Shown: one piece after another, positions 47,690-59,211 of the stretch
How positions within the stretch are numbered: position 1 is the first letter of the stretch
How the letters are laid out: each line of letters opens with the position of its first letter
IMG/VR virus record: IMGVR_UViG_2785511464_000001
Coordinates: 31,771 to 95,770 of that record
From: a virus
Lineage: Duplodnaviria > Caudoviricetes
DNA length: 64,000 bases
Direction: 5' to 3' (one strand)
Position numbers and translations under genes: made by a program
The notes under the pieces: model-generated
Seen by the model: the letters and a program-made list of their open reading frames with translations, nothing else
What the model was told of the DNA's origin: nothing
Database searches by the model: none

Positions 47690-49998
47690 GTGAGACTCAA
47701 GATCACCATGGAGATCGAGATCGGTGACATGACCGACGAGCAGCGGGAGGAGCTGGAAGACGGCATCAGCTTCGTCAGCCGCGACAAGATCGGCACCGAT
47801 GGGCTCCCGGCAGATGAGAACGCCGAGGGCTATGTGCCACCCGTGCCGACCCTGGCGGAGCAGAACCCCGAAGAGGTCATTGGTACGATCACCGAGGCGA
47901 TGTCCTTTCTGATTGAGTGGCAGGAGGACGTGTGGGCCGGCAGCGATGTCTATGCCCGCATCTCGAAGATCAGCAACGTCCATGTGGAAGAGGTGGACGA
48001 ACCGCCCTGCGTCGCCCAGCGCCTGCTCCAAACTGCCGAGGCTGAAGGTCTGACGATGCGGGTCTACGCATTCCCGGACGAGGTGGATTACGAAGGCACC
48101 AGCGCCCGAGACGCTTGGGAGCACGTGCTGGCCTGCGAGGAGATGCACGTCAGCTTCCACCGTGAAAATGCTGATCTGGGTCGGGCTTTCATCCTGCCCG
48201 ATCTGGACCCTGACGAGAGGGTGTCCGACTACGCCGGGGCGTGGGTCCAGAACTTCTTCGAGAAGCAGGGGAACGCCGATGGCTGAGTTCATGAACACGC
48301 CGGGGCAGGTGAACCAGCGCGCATCCGACGCGATGTCCGCAGACGGCATGGATGCATTCGGCAAGCCTGTGCCCGCGTACCGCAAACAGGCCGCCCTCGA
48401 CCATTGCAGGCAGATGGGCCTGACCGACACGAACAAGGCGACCGGGGTCATCAACCGAATGGCCGCTGCAATCGGACGGGACGAGCCCTACGCGGCGATG
48501 GAGGCCGGCATGGCCTATCTCGACCTCACGGGCACCTACCGCCTGCTGGCGGTCCTGTGTACCACCCCGCCAGCCGAAGTCGGCTGCAACAAGGAGCCCC
48601 GGACCCAGCACCCGGAAGTCGCCTTGGAGCATCCCCACGTCGTCTACGAAGAGTGGGGGTTCTGATGAGCGCGCAGGTGAACACCTATGTCATGTTCGGG
48701 GTGATCCTCGACTACGAGCAGGCGCACTCCGTCTGGCGGCACGACGACCCTGCGCACCCGTCACTGTTCGATGTCCTCGAACCCTACATGGATGATGCGT
48801 TCAAGACCGAAACCAACCCGAAGGACGGGCTGACGGTCCTGTATGACGGCATGTGTGGCAAGTACATCGCCATCGGCCACGTGATCGCCAAGACGGGGAA
48901 CTTCGAGCACTTCGAGAACCCCGTGTCGGCCATTGGCGACATGAAGGCCCCGGCCAAAGACTTCCTCGAACCCCTGAGCGCGCTTTTGACCCGTCTCGAC
49001 CTGCCACCGGGTGCACCACGCAGTGCCCTCGGCTGGCACGTCATCAGTCACCACCGATAGGGAGCCCCATGACCCCCAAGCAACAGTACGAACGCCGCAG
49101 GGCAGAACGGGAAGCCAAGCTGCGCGCCAGCGAGACGCGGTACGGTCGCCCCGACGTCATCGATGAGAAGGACGTGGAGATCACCGATCTGATGGATCGG
49201 TTTGTCACCGCTGCCGAACGCATCGCCGATGCCCTGGAGGCCCAGAGCGCCCCCACGGCAGAGATGGTGGATCGGGCTATCGATGCAATCGAAGGTGAAT
49301 TGAATGGCGTCGCGGCCACAAAGGGGCAGGCCCGCGCCATCCTTGAACACGCACTCCAGAATACCTGAGACCTGGGGCAAGTCCCCGACACGAGGAGAGA
49401 ACCATGGCGCAGTTGCGCGTACAGCTCGATGACACCGCCGGCATGACGGACGAACAGATGAACCTGCTCGCAGACAGGGGTGTGGTGTTCATGACCACCA
49501 CCGAATGGGGCGGGGTCTCGCGCGGCGGTAGCATCATCGCGAGGTCCGAGGAACATGCCCGCGAGATCGCCGAGAAAAGGGGCGTCGGCGAGGAGATCGT
49601 CGGCACTTTGGAAGCGGCTGAAAACGTGGGATGATTGTGCAATTAATTGCAAAAGGAGAATGAGCCATGACGTGGCCTGAAGCAGCTGTGCAGATCGCGA
49701 TCATCCTCGGCCTCGTGCTGGTGATGCTTGCCATCCTTGGTAGGGGGCGGCGGTGAAGATCAGCAGAAGCTACCCGTATCTGTCCATCGCCAAGCACTTC
49801 GGGGTCGATTACGGCGACGTGCTGCTGGTCGCTCAGTACCGGGCGCAGGGAGACAGCCGCAGCCCGAACACTCACGAGTGGGGTGCAATCCGCCGTGTGA
49901 CCACGGACGTGAACCTCCTGGTGTTCAAGGATTTCGCCGCCGCCATCGATCAGGCGATCCGTGAGTTCCGCCGCATCCAGAAGGAGGGCTGGGACTGA
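47690..49998 (+). CDS. Run of small hypothetical genes (47690-48286, 48279-48665, 48665-49060, 49069-49368, 49404-49634, 49753-49998)
   Basis: Co-oriented, coupled or RBS-preceded ORFs; no recognisable motifs. Confidence 0.6.
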
Positions 49999-50426
49999 TG
50001 CGCATGAAAGATATGGGTGCGATGGACAGCGTGTTTACGCATGTCGATGAGAAGACCGGCGTGTCCACCCACTTCAATGTGACGTCCATGGAGGACGACT
50101 GGCGGGTTCGGGCGCGGTCGCCCGTCCACATACCGGTCGATGAGGCCGGGGCGTCCCTGTTCATGGCGAAGCGGGGCATCGAGAAGCACCGACTGGACAG
50201 GCTACGCGGCCTGCCCAAGCTGGACCCGATCCTGATCCTGCACTGGATCGACGGAACGCATCTGGTCGTGGACGGCCATCACCGATACGTCGCGGCCTAT
50301 CTCGATGGGCACCGGGGCATGCTGGCCCGCATGCTCCCCCGCAGCATCTGGCGGCGGCACGTCATCACCGACCTCCCGGACGAGATCGGGCACTCGTTCA
50401 TCGGCTCATACTCGGGCATCCCGTGA
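49998..50426 (+). CDS. Stand-alone ParB/Srx N-terminal-domain protein
   Basis: PILIL......LVVDGHHRYVAA motif; no HTH. Confidence 0.7.
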   Translation: MRMKDMGAMDSVFTHVDEKTGVSTHFNVTSMEDDWRVRARSPVHIPVDEAGASLFMAKRGIEKHRLDRLRGLPKLDPILILHWIDGTHLVVDGHHRYVAAYLDGHRGMLARMLPRSIWRRHVITDLPDEIGHSFIGSYSGIP

Positions 50427-50530
50427 CCGCCCCGGCTGGCCGAACCAAAATACCCTCTGGCCTAATGCGAACCCGTAATTGATGCCGGTGGCCTGACGGC
50501 TAGAACGACAGACAGAATGGAGGAAGTGCC

Positions 50531-50860
50531 TTGAAAATTCTGAAAGCAGCCCTGACCGCAGCCCTCGTGTCGCTTGCCGCCCCGTCCTATGCGCAATCCA
50601 GCAACGACGAGACGGACAAGTGCTATGCAATCGGGCATTTGGCCAAGGGCCTCATGAAGGCCCGGCAAGCTGGAGTTCCAATTGGGAAAACCATGGAGAT
50701 CGCCCGGAGCAGTACGGATGCCGCTGTCACTAGGCTGGCGGAGGAGATGGTGATCATGGCCTATGATAGACCGAGATATAGCACGGACTCTGCTCAGGAG
50801 CGCGCGGTTAGCGACTTCATCAATGATGCCCAGCTGATGTGCTACAAGGTCAGTCGCTGA
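50531..50860 (+). CDS. Secreted protein, tandem paralog 1
   Basis: Signal peptide MKILKAALTAALVSLAAPSYA; two Cys. Confidence 0.75.
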   Translation: MKILKAALTAALVSLAAPSYAQSSNDETDKCYAIGHLAKGLMKARQAGVPIGKTMEIARSSTDAAVTRLAEEMVIMAYDRPRYSTDSAQERAVSDFINDAQLMCYKVSR

Positions 50861-50884
50861 CAGACAGGACGTGGGGGAAGTGTT

Positions 50885-51214
50885 TTGAAAGTTATGAAGG
50901 CAGCCCTGGTTGCAACCCTCGTGGCGCTTGCCGCTCCGTCCTATGCACAGTCCAGCAATTACGAGGCGATGGACTGCGATGCGATTGGGGACTTGGCCAA
51001 GGGCATCATGCTTGGCCGACAAACCGGACTCCCCCTCGGGAAAGCCATGGAGCTAGTACGGGACAGTGATATTGAGGCTGTCACTAGGATGGCCGAGGAT
51101 ATGGTGATCATGGCCTACGATAGCCCGAGGTATAATTCGACCTCCGGTCAGGAGCGTGCAGTCGAAGAGTTCAGAAATATCTTTGAGCTGGCGTGCTACA
51201 AGGCCAACCGCTGA
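50885..51214 (+). CDS. Secreted protein, tandem paralog 2
   Basis: Same length (109 aa) and clearly similar to 50531..50860. Confidence 0.75.
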   Translation: MKVMKAALVATLVALAAPSYAQSSNYEAMDCDAIGDLAKGIMLGRQTGLPLGKAMELVRDSDIEAVTRMAEDMVIMAYDSPRYNSTSGQERAVEEFRNIFELACYKANR

Positions 51215-51327
51215 CCTGGAGGGCGCGGTTCGCTGCGCTTTCTTTTCGCAAATAACGTGCAATTAATTGCACGTAGCCTGACAGGCTGGCAGAATGGAAC
51301 AGGATCAAGACCAAGGAGGGTCGATAG

Positions 51328-52274
51328 ATGCTGAACCTGGTGGACGCCGAAGCGATCAGGAGCGCGCTGCAGCCGCTCGCCGACATCGCGGACGCATATG
51401 ATAGCAACGCACTCGACGAGGCCCGGAAGGAATGGGGCGAGACCGACCCCGCCACGGTCGAGCTGTATCAAGGCAGGGGTGGCAAACGCATGCTGACCCT
51501 TCAGGACGCCTTCCGTGCACGTGACGCCATCCGGTCCCTGCCATGATCGGGGCGCTCGTCAAGAAGTCTCGCATACGGCTCCTCAAGGCCCGACTGCGGA
51601 GCTTGTCCCGCGCGATCCACAACCACTATGCCCGGTTCGACTGCGGCATCCATCTGGCCGACCACATCAGCCCCGTAGGCCCACAGCTGAAGGCGAAGTT
51701 CGCCGAGCAGTACGAACGCCTGCGGGAGTTGGACCCGGAAGCACCTGAGAGGATGCGATGAGCAAGCCCGTAACGCTGTGGCGGCTGGGGTGGCTGCTGA
51801 TCTGGCATCACATTGCCGGCTGGAGGATCAAGCCGGGCTGCGTCATCGTACAGCAGGAGGCTGGGGTCGGCGTCCATGTGGCCGTGTGCATGGAGCGCCC
51901 TGATGGCTGAATGGAAGACGATCATGCAGCCGATCCTCCAGAAGCTGGACGTCGCGTCGAAGTTCAATGGCACGGCCAGCTGGAACGCCGAAGGCGCTGG
52001 AGCCCTGGCGGGGTTGCTGCGCAAGATGATCGACATCATCGACAACCAGATCGAATGCCGGCGCGAAGGGCGTGTGGACAACCAGCTCCATGCGCGCGAG
52101 ATGCGTCTGTTCGGTTCGGTCGCGAATGACTGGTCAAAGGAAGAACTGCTGCTTGTGATCGAATGGCACATGCTCCAGCAGAGCCGGACCCATGATGCCG
52201 AGCGGCGCATCAAGGAACTCAAGGGCGAGATAATTCGCATTGCAGAGGAGAGAAAGAATGGCGGACCTTTTTGA
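51328..52274 (+). CDS. Small hypothetical genes (51328-51546, 51543-51761, 51758-51910, 51903-52274)
   Basis: Coupled ORFs after the box-promoter at 51258. Confidence 0.55.
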
Positions 52275-52512
52275 ACAACTGCCCAAGAAGGGTGAAATCT
52301 GGGAGCACACCAAGACGGGAGGGCGCTACGAGATCGAGGGCTCGACCTTCAACACGCTGACCGACACGGTGGACGTGAGCTACATACCGCTCTACGCTTG
52401 CGAGTATTCGCGCTTCAATCGGCAGCTGCTGCGGCATCCGAAGGCGTTCATGTCCAAGAACGAGGATGGAACCCCAAGGTTTTCTCGGGTAGAATTTCCG
52501 ACGCCAATGTAA
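52258..52512 (+). CDS. DUF1653-like protein
   Basis: W.H.K.GG.Y.I.......V.Y.PLY.....R....F pattern. Confidence 0.55.
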   Translation: MADLFEQLPKKGEIWEHTKTGGRYEIEGSTFNTLTDTVDVSYIPLYACEYSRFNRQLLRHPKAFMSKNEDGTPRFSRVEFPTPM

Positions 52513-53116
52513 ACTCTGGGGGGGGCGGCGTTGAAGTGGATAATCGCTAAAATCGAGAGATGGTGGGAGGGAGAGTATCGTCCCTATGAAAATGACCCGA
52601 GGAACGGAGTCATTGTTATAGGCGGATATTTCGAAAGACACTGGACTTCGAACGCGGCACGGTCGGTTGTCGAGCATCTTCAGGAACACTGGAAGTTCTG
52701 GATCATGGCGACCATAGCAGCGGTCACGGCGTGGGCAGGTGTAGCTGCGTTGAACAACGAGGACATAGGGCATGACCAAAGTCAGCCGGGAATTGCTTCT
52801 CCTGATCGAGGCGCGGCAGTGGCTAGAGATACTGATCCACGAGACGAGCCTGGACCCAGCGACAACTAGAATGGAGTCTGCTTCTGTGGGGTCGGACGGC
52901 AGGCGAACCACCAGTACCGTAACCCTGGCGGAGACGTTGGATAAGATCGACGGCTTGGACGTGCCCGTAACAGACCGGGCCGACAATGATACGTGAGCAA
53001 TTCCAAATGAATAATGTGAAATTAATTGCACTGTCGCCGGTTCGGTGGCAGTGTAGATTTATGGGATCAACCAAGGAGGGTGACATGATCCAGACCAAGG
53101 CACTCGGGGGCGCTGA

Positions 53117-53898
53117 ATGAGCCGCATCCGACTGCACCGCGAACACGGCCTCAACCCCACAATGCCCGTCTGCTTCTGGTGCGGCGAGGACAAGGGCGAA
53201 GTCGCTCTTCTGGGGTCTTCGTACAAAGGCGAGGCCCCGATGAAGATGGTCCTCGACTACGTGCCCTGTGAGGCATGCGAGCAGCAGATGTCCCTCGGCA
53301 TCACCTGCATGGAGGCGGACGAACCCCACAAGACCGGGCACCCGCCCTTCAGCAAAGGCAGTTCGATCTCGCCGACGGGTCGCTGGGTCGTCGTCAACCG
53401 CGACGCCTTTGGGGACTTCCCCGTTGAAGACGCGTTGAAGGCGCAGGTCATGGATCGCGGCAAGTGCTTCCTCGACACCGAGACCTTCTCGTCAGTGTTC
53501 CAACAGACCATCAGTGAGACAGCAGGAGAACCAGCATGAACCTTGAAGACGCACTCAAGGAGGTTCTGGCCCTCCTGTCGGAAACTGACGACGCCTTCGA
53601 TCACGACAAGAACGTCTGCTTCTGCGGCACCAAACAGGATGCGTTGGACGCGGCCCTGAAGCTGACTAATGAGATGCTCGACAATGATTGCGTGCTCTGG
53701 GTCATGCAGGTCGCATCGGTCATGCAGCTGCTTGCCACCGCCCTTTCGATCAAAGCGTCAGACTCGCACGACATGCTTACGGTGGTGCGCATGGCGATGA
53801 CGGAAACGCTCGCCGAAGACGGGAACCGGGCAAACATCGAAGAGATGTTGAAGAAGGTAGATAGGAGCCCCTTTGCTGCGATGGCGAAGGGAAATTAA
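53117..53898 (+). CDS. Two hypothetical genes (53117-53539 Cys-rich; 53536-53898)
   Basis: CFWC/CEAC in the first; ATGA coupling; second stop lies in the box at 53890. Confidence 0.6.
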
Positions 53899-53957
53899 TT
53901 TCACTTTCGGGGCCTTGCCTCGGGGCAGGGCCTCTCGGACCAACCAAGGAGGGTGCC

Positions 53958-54650
53958 GTGACGAAGAAAACACCAGAGGACGAGACCGGGAAGAAGACCG
54001 CGAAGGTCACGGTCAGCAAGGGCAGCGCGCCCAAGAAGACTGATCCGGGTTGCATGGAGCGCCTGATGGCCCTGATCGCCGAGGCCCGTAAGCATGTCGG
54101 CATACTGGCCGCGTCCGAGCTGCGGCTGGCCGAAATCCTCCACGAGCTCTACACCGACGACCGCTTCCCGGACTGGAACGAATATCTGGTGCAGATCGGC
54201 GTGGACTACCAGAAGGCCATGAAACTCGTCCGGGCGCATCGTGTGAAGCTGCGCATCCGCAACGGGATCGGCCTGACCGACAAGGTGGCCGCACAGATCG
54301 GTGTCGAGAAGCTTGCCGCCATGCAGCGCGGCCTCACCAACCAGAACATGCGCGAGATGGTCGGCCTGGCCGTCACAGGCACGGTGCTGTCCGTGCGTCA
54401 CGCCTCCCGCACCCGTGTGATCCAAGAGACGGTGGTCGAGCAGTTCACGTTCCCCGCCGACTTCTGGCAGATGTTCGCCCCGTACCTCGCTGAGAACGGC
54501 GCGTTCTTCCACGGCAGCAAGCTCAGGAACCGCGAGGCGGCGCTGGCCAACATCGTCCGCAAGGCAAGGGCCTGGGACAAGTACCAGCTCGGGGTCGAAC
54601 GCCGGAAAGCCAAGGCTGAGGAGAAGGCCGTGCTGCTCGCCGAGACCTGA
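53958..54650 (+). CDS. Third, divergent member of the LGWTKL-like family
   Basis: LAEILHEL...DWNEYL..IGVDYQKAMKLV...IGVEKL; CCAAGGAGGG RBS. Confidence 0.55.
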   Translation: MTKKTPEDETGKKTAKVTVSKGSAPKKTDPGCMERLMALIAEARKHVGILAASELRLAEILHELYTDDRFPDWNEYLVQIGVDYQKAMKLVRAHRVKLRIRNGIGLTDKVAAQIGVEKLAAMQRGLTNQNMREMVGLAVTGTVLSVRHASRTRVIQETVVEQFTFPADFWQMFAPYLAENGAFFHGSKLRNREAALANIVRKARAWDKYQLGVERRKAKAEEKAVLLAET

Positions 54651-54678
54651 TCTGCGATGCGCAATTAATTGCAAGGAG

Positions 54679-54993
54679 ATGCCCATGGCGGCGTACGCGA
54701 ACCTGACCGAAGCTGAACGAGAACGCCTCGAAATGCTGATCGAGGAAGCCGGCGAGATCATCACCATAGCCACAAAAGTTCTTCGCCACGGATACGACAA
54801 CCACCACCCAGACGATCCGGCGACAATCACAAACCGCCATCACCTGGAGCGCGAGGTGTTGGACCTTCAGACGGTCTACGCCCGCATGATCGGGGAGGGT
54901 GACGTCTCACGGGACAGTCTGATGGTCGATCTCAATGCCGAGTGGAAGCGCAAACTCTTTTGGACGAGGCATCAGGAAGGGAGTCCTCAATGA
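54679..54993 (+). CDS. MazG-like NTP pyrophosphohydrolase
   Basis: L.EEAGE......K..RHG......LEREV.DL. Confidence 0.7.
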   Translation: MPMAAYANLTEAERERLEMLIEEAGEIITIATKVLRHGYDNHHPDDPATITNRHHLEREVLDLQTVYARMIGEGDVSRDSLMVDLNAEWKRKLFWTRHQEGSPQ

Positions 54994-55878
54994 ACCACGA
55001 CGAACTCACGGATCGCTGGCACAAGTCGCAGTATGACGCCGTGCGATACGCTCACCCCGAGCACGATCTGCCCGAATGGGAAGACCTGCCGGAAGAGAAG
55101 AAGCAGAAGGTGCGCAAGGCGAACAACGAGCAGCAGAAGTTCATGAATGACCTCGGCGCGGCCATCAGCACCGGGGGTCCGCTGCCCGATCCTTTTAGGG
55201 GCCGGTCATGAGCGCCCGTGACGTCGGCCACAGGGGCACCCGCACGACCTTCCTCGACATGAACGAAGACGAGCTGCGCGATCTGGTGCGCAAGTTGCGC
55301 AAGGAGAAGCGCCGGCTCAAGGATCGCCTGAAACAGGCCAAGGCGAGCCCCGATTTCTTCGAGGCGGAAGGCAACCGGGGCGGCTCCCTGATCCGCATCG
55401 AGAAGGTGTTCGAGCGGGACTTCAAGACCGTCAAGGAAGGCATGGTGCGCCTGACCGTGGGCGAAAGCTGCGTCTTCACCTGCCGCGATCTGGAAATCAG
55501 TGTTGTCGGCCTCGCCGCCGTGCTGACCCAAGCCTACGACATCGGCTTCCAGAAGGTGGTGGATGCGTACCTGGCCAAGGGTGGGGGCAGTCCCTCCATC
55601 AGCGTGAAGCACGACCTGCCGCCGAAGGAGACGCCATGATCGTCGTAAAGGTGGAGCTCTGGAGCGCAGTCACCGGCAAGAAGAGAAAGCTTGCGGAAAT
55701 GCGCATCTCCAACGATGGCACCGGCACCGATGCCAAGAGCCACTACGACGGAGCGATCATGCGCAAGCCTGATTTCCGGGAGGTGACCCGTGAAGCCCGC
55801 GTCGAGGACCACAGACGGCACGCCCTGACCGTTTGGCACCTCGTGGCCAAGATGCTCAAGACAATGGGGTACGTATGA
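54990..55878 (+). CDS. Three coupled hypothetical genes (54990-55211, 55208-55639, 55636-55878)
   Basis: ATGA overlaps. Confidence 0.6.
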
Positions 55879-55881
55879 TCG

Positions 55882-56334
55882 ATGACGGCTTCCGAGGATC
55901 GGTCTTTACCCAGCGAACGGCCCAAGGGGTGGACTATTGTGACATCGAAGACGGACACGGGCAGCCGAAGGGACGCCATACGCGAACGAATAAGGGCAAG
56001 GGTGGTGGAGGCCCCCGCACCCGACTGGATGCCGGCGGACCTCGGCCCCTGTCTGCTCTGGACCGGCCCGACGAGCGGTGACGGGCGAGGGGGAGGATAC
56101 CCACGCATGAGCCTGAACGGGCAGACGGTGGCTGTGCACATCGTGAACTGGACGAACGAACATGGCTACGTGCCCGGAAAGAAGCAGCTCGATCACCTCT
56201 GCCGCAACCGGCTCTGCATCTCGGACAGGCACCTTGATCTTGTCACGCCCAAGCAGAACCAGAGGAGGAAGGTGGAAGCGCGCTCGCTGAACCGCCACAA
56301 CGGCGGTCCTCCCTTGCGTGATGAATGCAATTAA
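55882..56334 (+). CDS. HNH endonuclease (HNH_3 type)
   Basis: CLLWTG...GYPRM...H...LDHLCRNRLC...HL..VT..QN. Confidence 0.85.
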   Translation: MTASEDRSLPSERPKGWTIVTSKTDTGSRRDAIRERIRARVVEAPAPDWMPADLGPCLLWTGPTSGDGRGGGYPRMSLNGQTVAVHIVNWTNEHGYVPGKKQLDHLCRNRLCISDRHLDLVTPKQNQRRKVEARSLNRHNGGPPLRDECN

Positions 56335-56349
56335 TTTCACGGAGACGTC

Positions 56350-57056
56350 ATGAACTATCCTGACACCACCACCGAGCCCACCAATCACACCCGCAGGGCG
56401 GCAGCGGAGGCAAGCTTCCAGAACTACACCGACGCGCAGCTTGCCCACCAGACGGTCGTGGTGGGCCGTACGGACGTCAACCTGGCGCAGATGCAGTACG
56501 CGGCGCGGGACCGCATCCTGAAGCTCTCCTGTGAGCTGTGGGACGCCCGTCAGCGTATCGCTCAGCTTGAAGAGAAACTGGCAGAGAAGGAGAGCGCAGA
56601 GTGCACTGAACTTCACCGGCCCGCGCCCGCAGTGTAGGGTCAAGGAGACTACCAGCAACCAAGGAGGGGGTCGTGCATATGACCATCAGAGACATCATCG
56701 AGAACTGCTTTTTGATTGCAGTCTTCTCTTTCCTGATCGCCTTCCTTTTCGTATGATCGTGTGCAATTAATTTCACGGAGAAAGCAATGTCGGGAATTTC
56801 GACAGTGATGAAGAACGCGTCCAAGGTTCAGGAGATGGACAGCGCCCAGGTGTTTGCCAATGTGCTGAACACCGACCTTCACGCCATGAAGTCGTATAGC
56901 GGGACCGTGAACTACCAGCCCGCCGACGCCATCCGCCTTTCGCGCATCCTCTCGGAGTATGAGCAGATGAACGTGGCGTCTCTGCGCAGTGACCAGCCCA
57001 AGCTTCAGGGCAAGGAGCCGCTGCGCGATCCGAAGCACGTCTTTGGCGCTTCCTGA
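56350..57056 (+). CDS. Two hypothetical genes (56350-56637, 56787-57056)
   Basis: Each preceded by the identical TGCAATTAATTTCACGGAGA box-RBS unit. Confidence 0.6.
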
Positions 57057-57544
57057 TGCAGAAGACCTGGACCTGGGACGAGATCACGCCGGAGCAGCTT
57101 CATGCGCTGCTGCTGACGGGGCGCTCGTACTCGGCTCTGGCAAGTGAGTTGGGTGTGTCGCGGAACGCCGTGAGTGGCCGCGTCCACCGCCTCCGAAAGG
57201 CTGGGCTCCTGCCCACGCTTCCGGGACAGGACAAGCCTAAGTCGCGCGTCACCCCGAAACCCAAGAAGCCCAAGCCCGAACCCAAGCCGAAGGTCGAGCT
57301 GCCGGAGGAGGACGAGGAGCCCATCCGCCCCACGCTCGCACCGCCGACAAACCCGCCCGTCAGTATCTTGGCACTGGAGGCGGGCATGTGCGCCGTCATT
57401 GTGCAGGAGAGCCCGGTGCGGTACTGCGGCTGCCGGCCTCTGGCGAACGAGAATTTCCGGTTCTGCGCCTACCACGCAGAGATCATGATTTCGCGAGACA
57501 AGACCCGACGGTCACGTCACAGACCGAAGAGACCCTACCGATGA
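57056..57544 (+). CDS. gcrA: GcrA-like cell-cycle regulator
   Basis: G.S...A.ELGVSRNAV.G..HRL; C-terminal L.L....C......YCG......C..H. Confidence 0.75.
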   Translation: MQKTWTWDEITPEQLHALLLTGRSYSALASELGVSRNAVSGRVHRLRKAGLLPTLPGQDKPKSRVTPKPKKPKPEPKPKVELPEEDEEPIRPTLAPPTNPPVSILALEAGMCAVIVQESPVRYCGCRPLANENFRFCAYHAEIMISRDKTRRSRHRPKRPYR

Positions 57545-59211
57545 CGAAGACGACACCCAGCCCCGAAGCCCTGAAGCACGCCATTTTCTCGCAGCACGAC
57601 AAGCCTGAGCGCTGGGTGGCACTGGACGAGATCGAGCAGTTCCTGCCGGACCCCGAGTTTTACGCCCTGTTCGTCGAGGTGTGGACCAACAGCGAGAGCA
57701 ACGACCTGAACCTCGGATTGATCGACCGCCTGATCGACCGCAGGGGTGTGCACGCAAACGTCGTGATGCCCGTCCTGAGCGACGAGGACCGGCGTCTGAT
57801 GACCATGCTCAGGCGAAACCCCCGTATCTGCCGTGGCGCTACGCTTGAGAGGCCGTACAGCGACTATTCGTGGAGCGTGGATCGGGGCAAGGCCCTCTGG
57901 TTCGCCAACCGATGCTCTGACGCCACGCCAGTCATGATCGAGGGGATCGCGGACACCGAGAAGGTGCTGTTCACTTATATGGGGCGCGGCGAGTCCGAGG
58001 TCGCCATACGAACCTGCGATGTCCACGACAAGCTGGTGAACGTGATTGGCCCGTACAGGAGGTGCGAGAGCTTCGAAATTTTCTCTGCGGTTCAGCGTGG
58101 CGGGGACGCGGCCTTGTTCGATCCACTGGTGACACTTCAGATGCGTCTGATGCACCAAGCGCGAACGCGGGACGTGACCGAGAAAAGCCTGATGGCCGAG
58201 ATGGAAGCATGGATCACGGACCTCGAAGACATGGGCTTCAAGGCCATGCCGCAGAAGAAGCGTGAGCTGGTCGCGCGGATCGATTGGTCTACCGTGATGT
58301 CGGCATCCGACTGATGTCGATTTCGTGCAATTAATTGCAAATTCTGGTGGACGGGAGCCGGCACCCTGGTAAGATTGAGGCATAGGGAAATCCAACCCAC
58401 TCAACGCGCCAAGGAGGGCGACATGAGAAAGACATTTGGCCGGAAGCGTGAAATTAAATGCACTCGCGACTTTGATCGCCGCAAGGCGCAGGCCGTGATG
58501 CCGAAGAGTGAACGCGAAGACAACGACAACTGGAATGGTGGTCGTGGCTCCAAGAAAGCGTTCGATCTGCCGTCCCAGCCTGTCGATCAGACCGCCCGCA
58601 AGGTGCGTGTCGAAGGTCTCGTCTTCTACGTGATGATGGCTCTCTTCCTTGGCGTCGTCATTTACTCCGGCTGGACCGTCGGTGCCCAGCTGTTCACCCC
58701 CGTTATCGAAGCCCTGCAGACCATTGGAGGCTGATGTGCTGAACGCGTTTCAGGCAGCGATCATGGAGGCAACCGGCGTCGGTATGCCCGACGAGTTGGC
58801 CCAGATCGAGGAGATCATGCGTGGCGAGAACAATCGCCCGCTTGATGAGTTATCGCAATCCGAGTTCGCAGACCTGGCGCGGGACGCCAAAGAGGCGAAC
58901 GACATCGTGAAGGAGATGGGAGCTTGACCGTACCGTTCCAGCAAGAGATCGAGAACCCGCTGTTCGAGCAGACTGATTGGGACGATCATCAGGTGATCGT
59001 GGTCGGTGTGCACGAGAAATACAGGTTCAACGACACGTCGGTGACCGGCCTGATCCGCATCATCAAGCCTGACGACGATACGCTTGGCGACGTCGAGTCG
59101 TTCAAAGACCTGTTCGGCAACGAGATCGTGACAGATAGCGCAGGTGCCCGACGCCTCGCAAAAACGCTCCTTGAGGCCGCAGACGCAGCGGATGCCCTGT
59201 CGTCGAAATAG
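57541..59211 (+). CDS. Hypothetical genes (57541-58314, 58423-58734 with TM helix, 58736-58927, 58924-59211)
   Basis: Co-oriented, with RBS or coupling. Confidence 0.6.
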
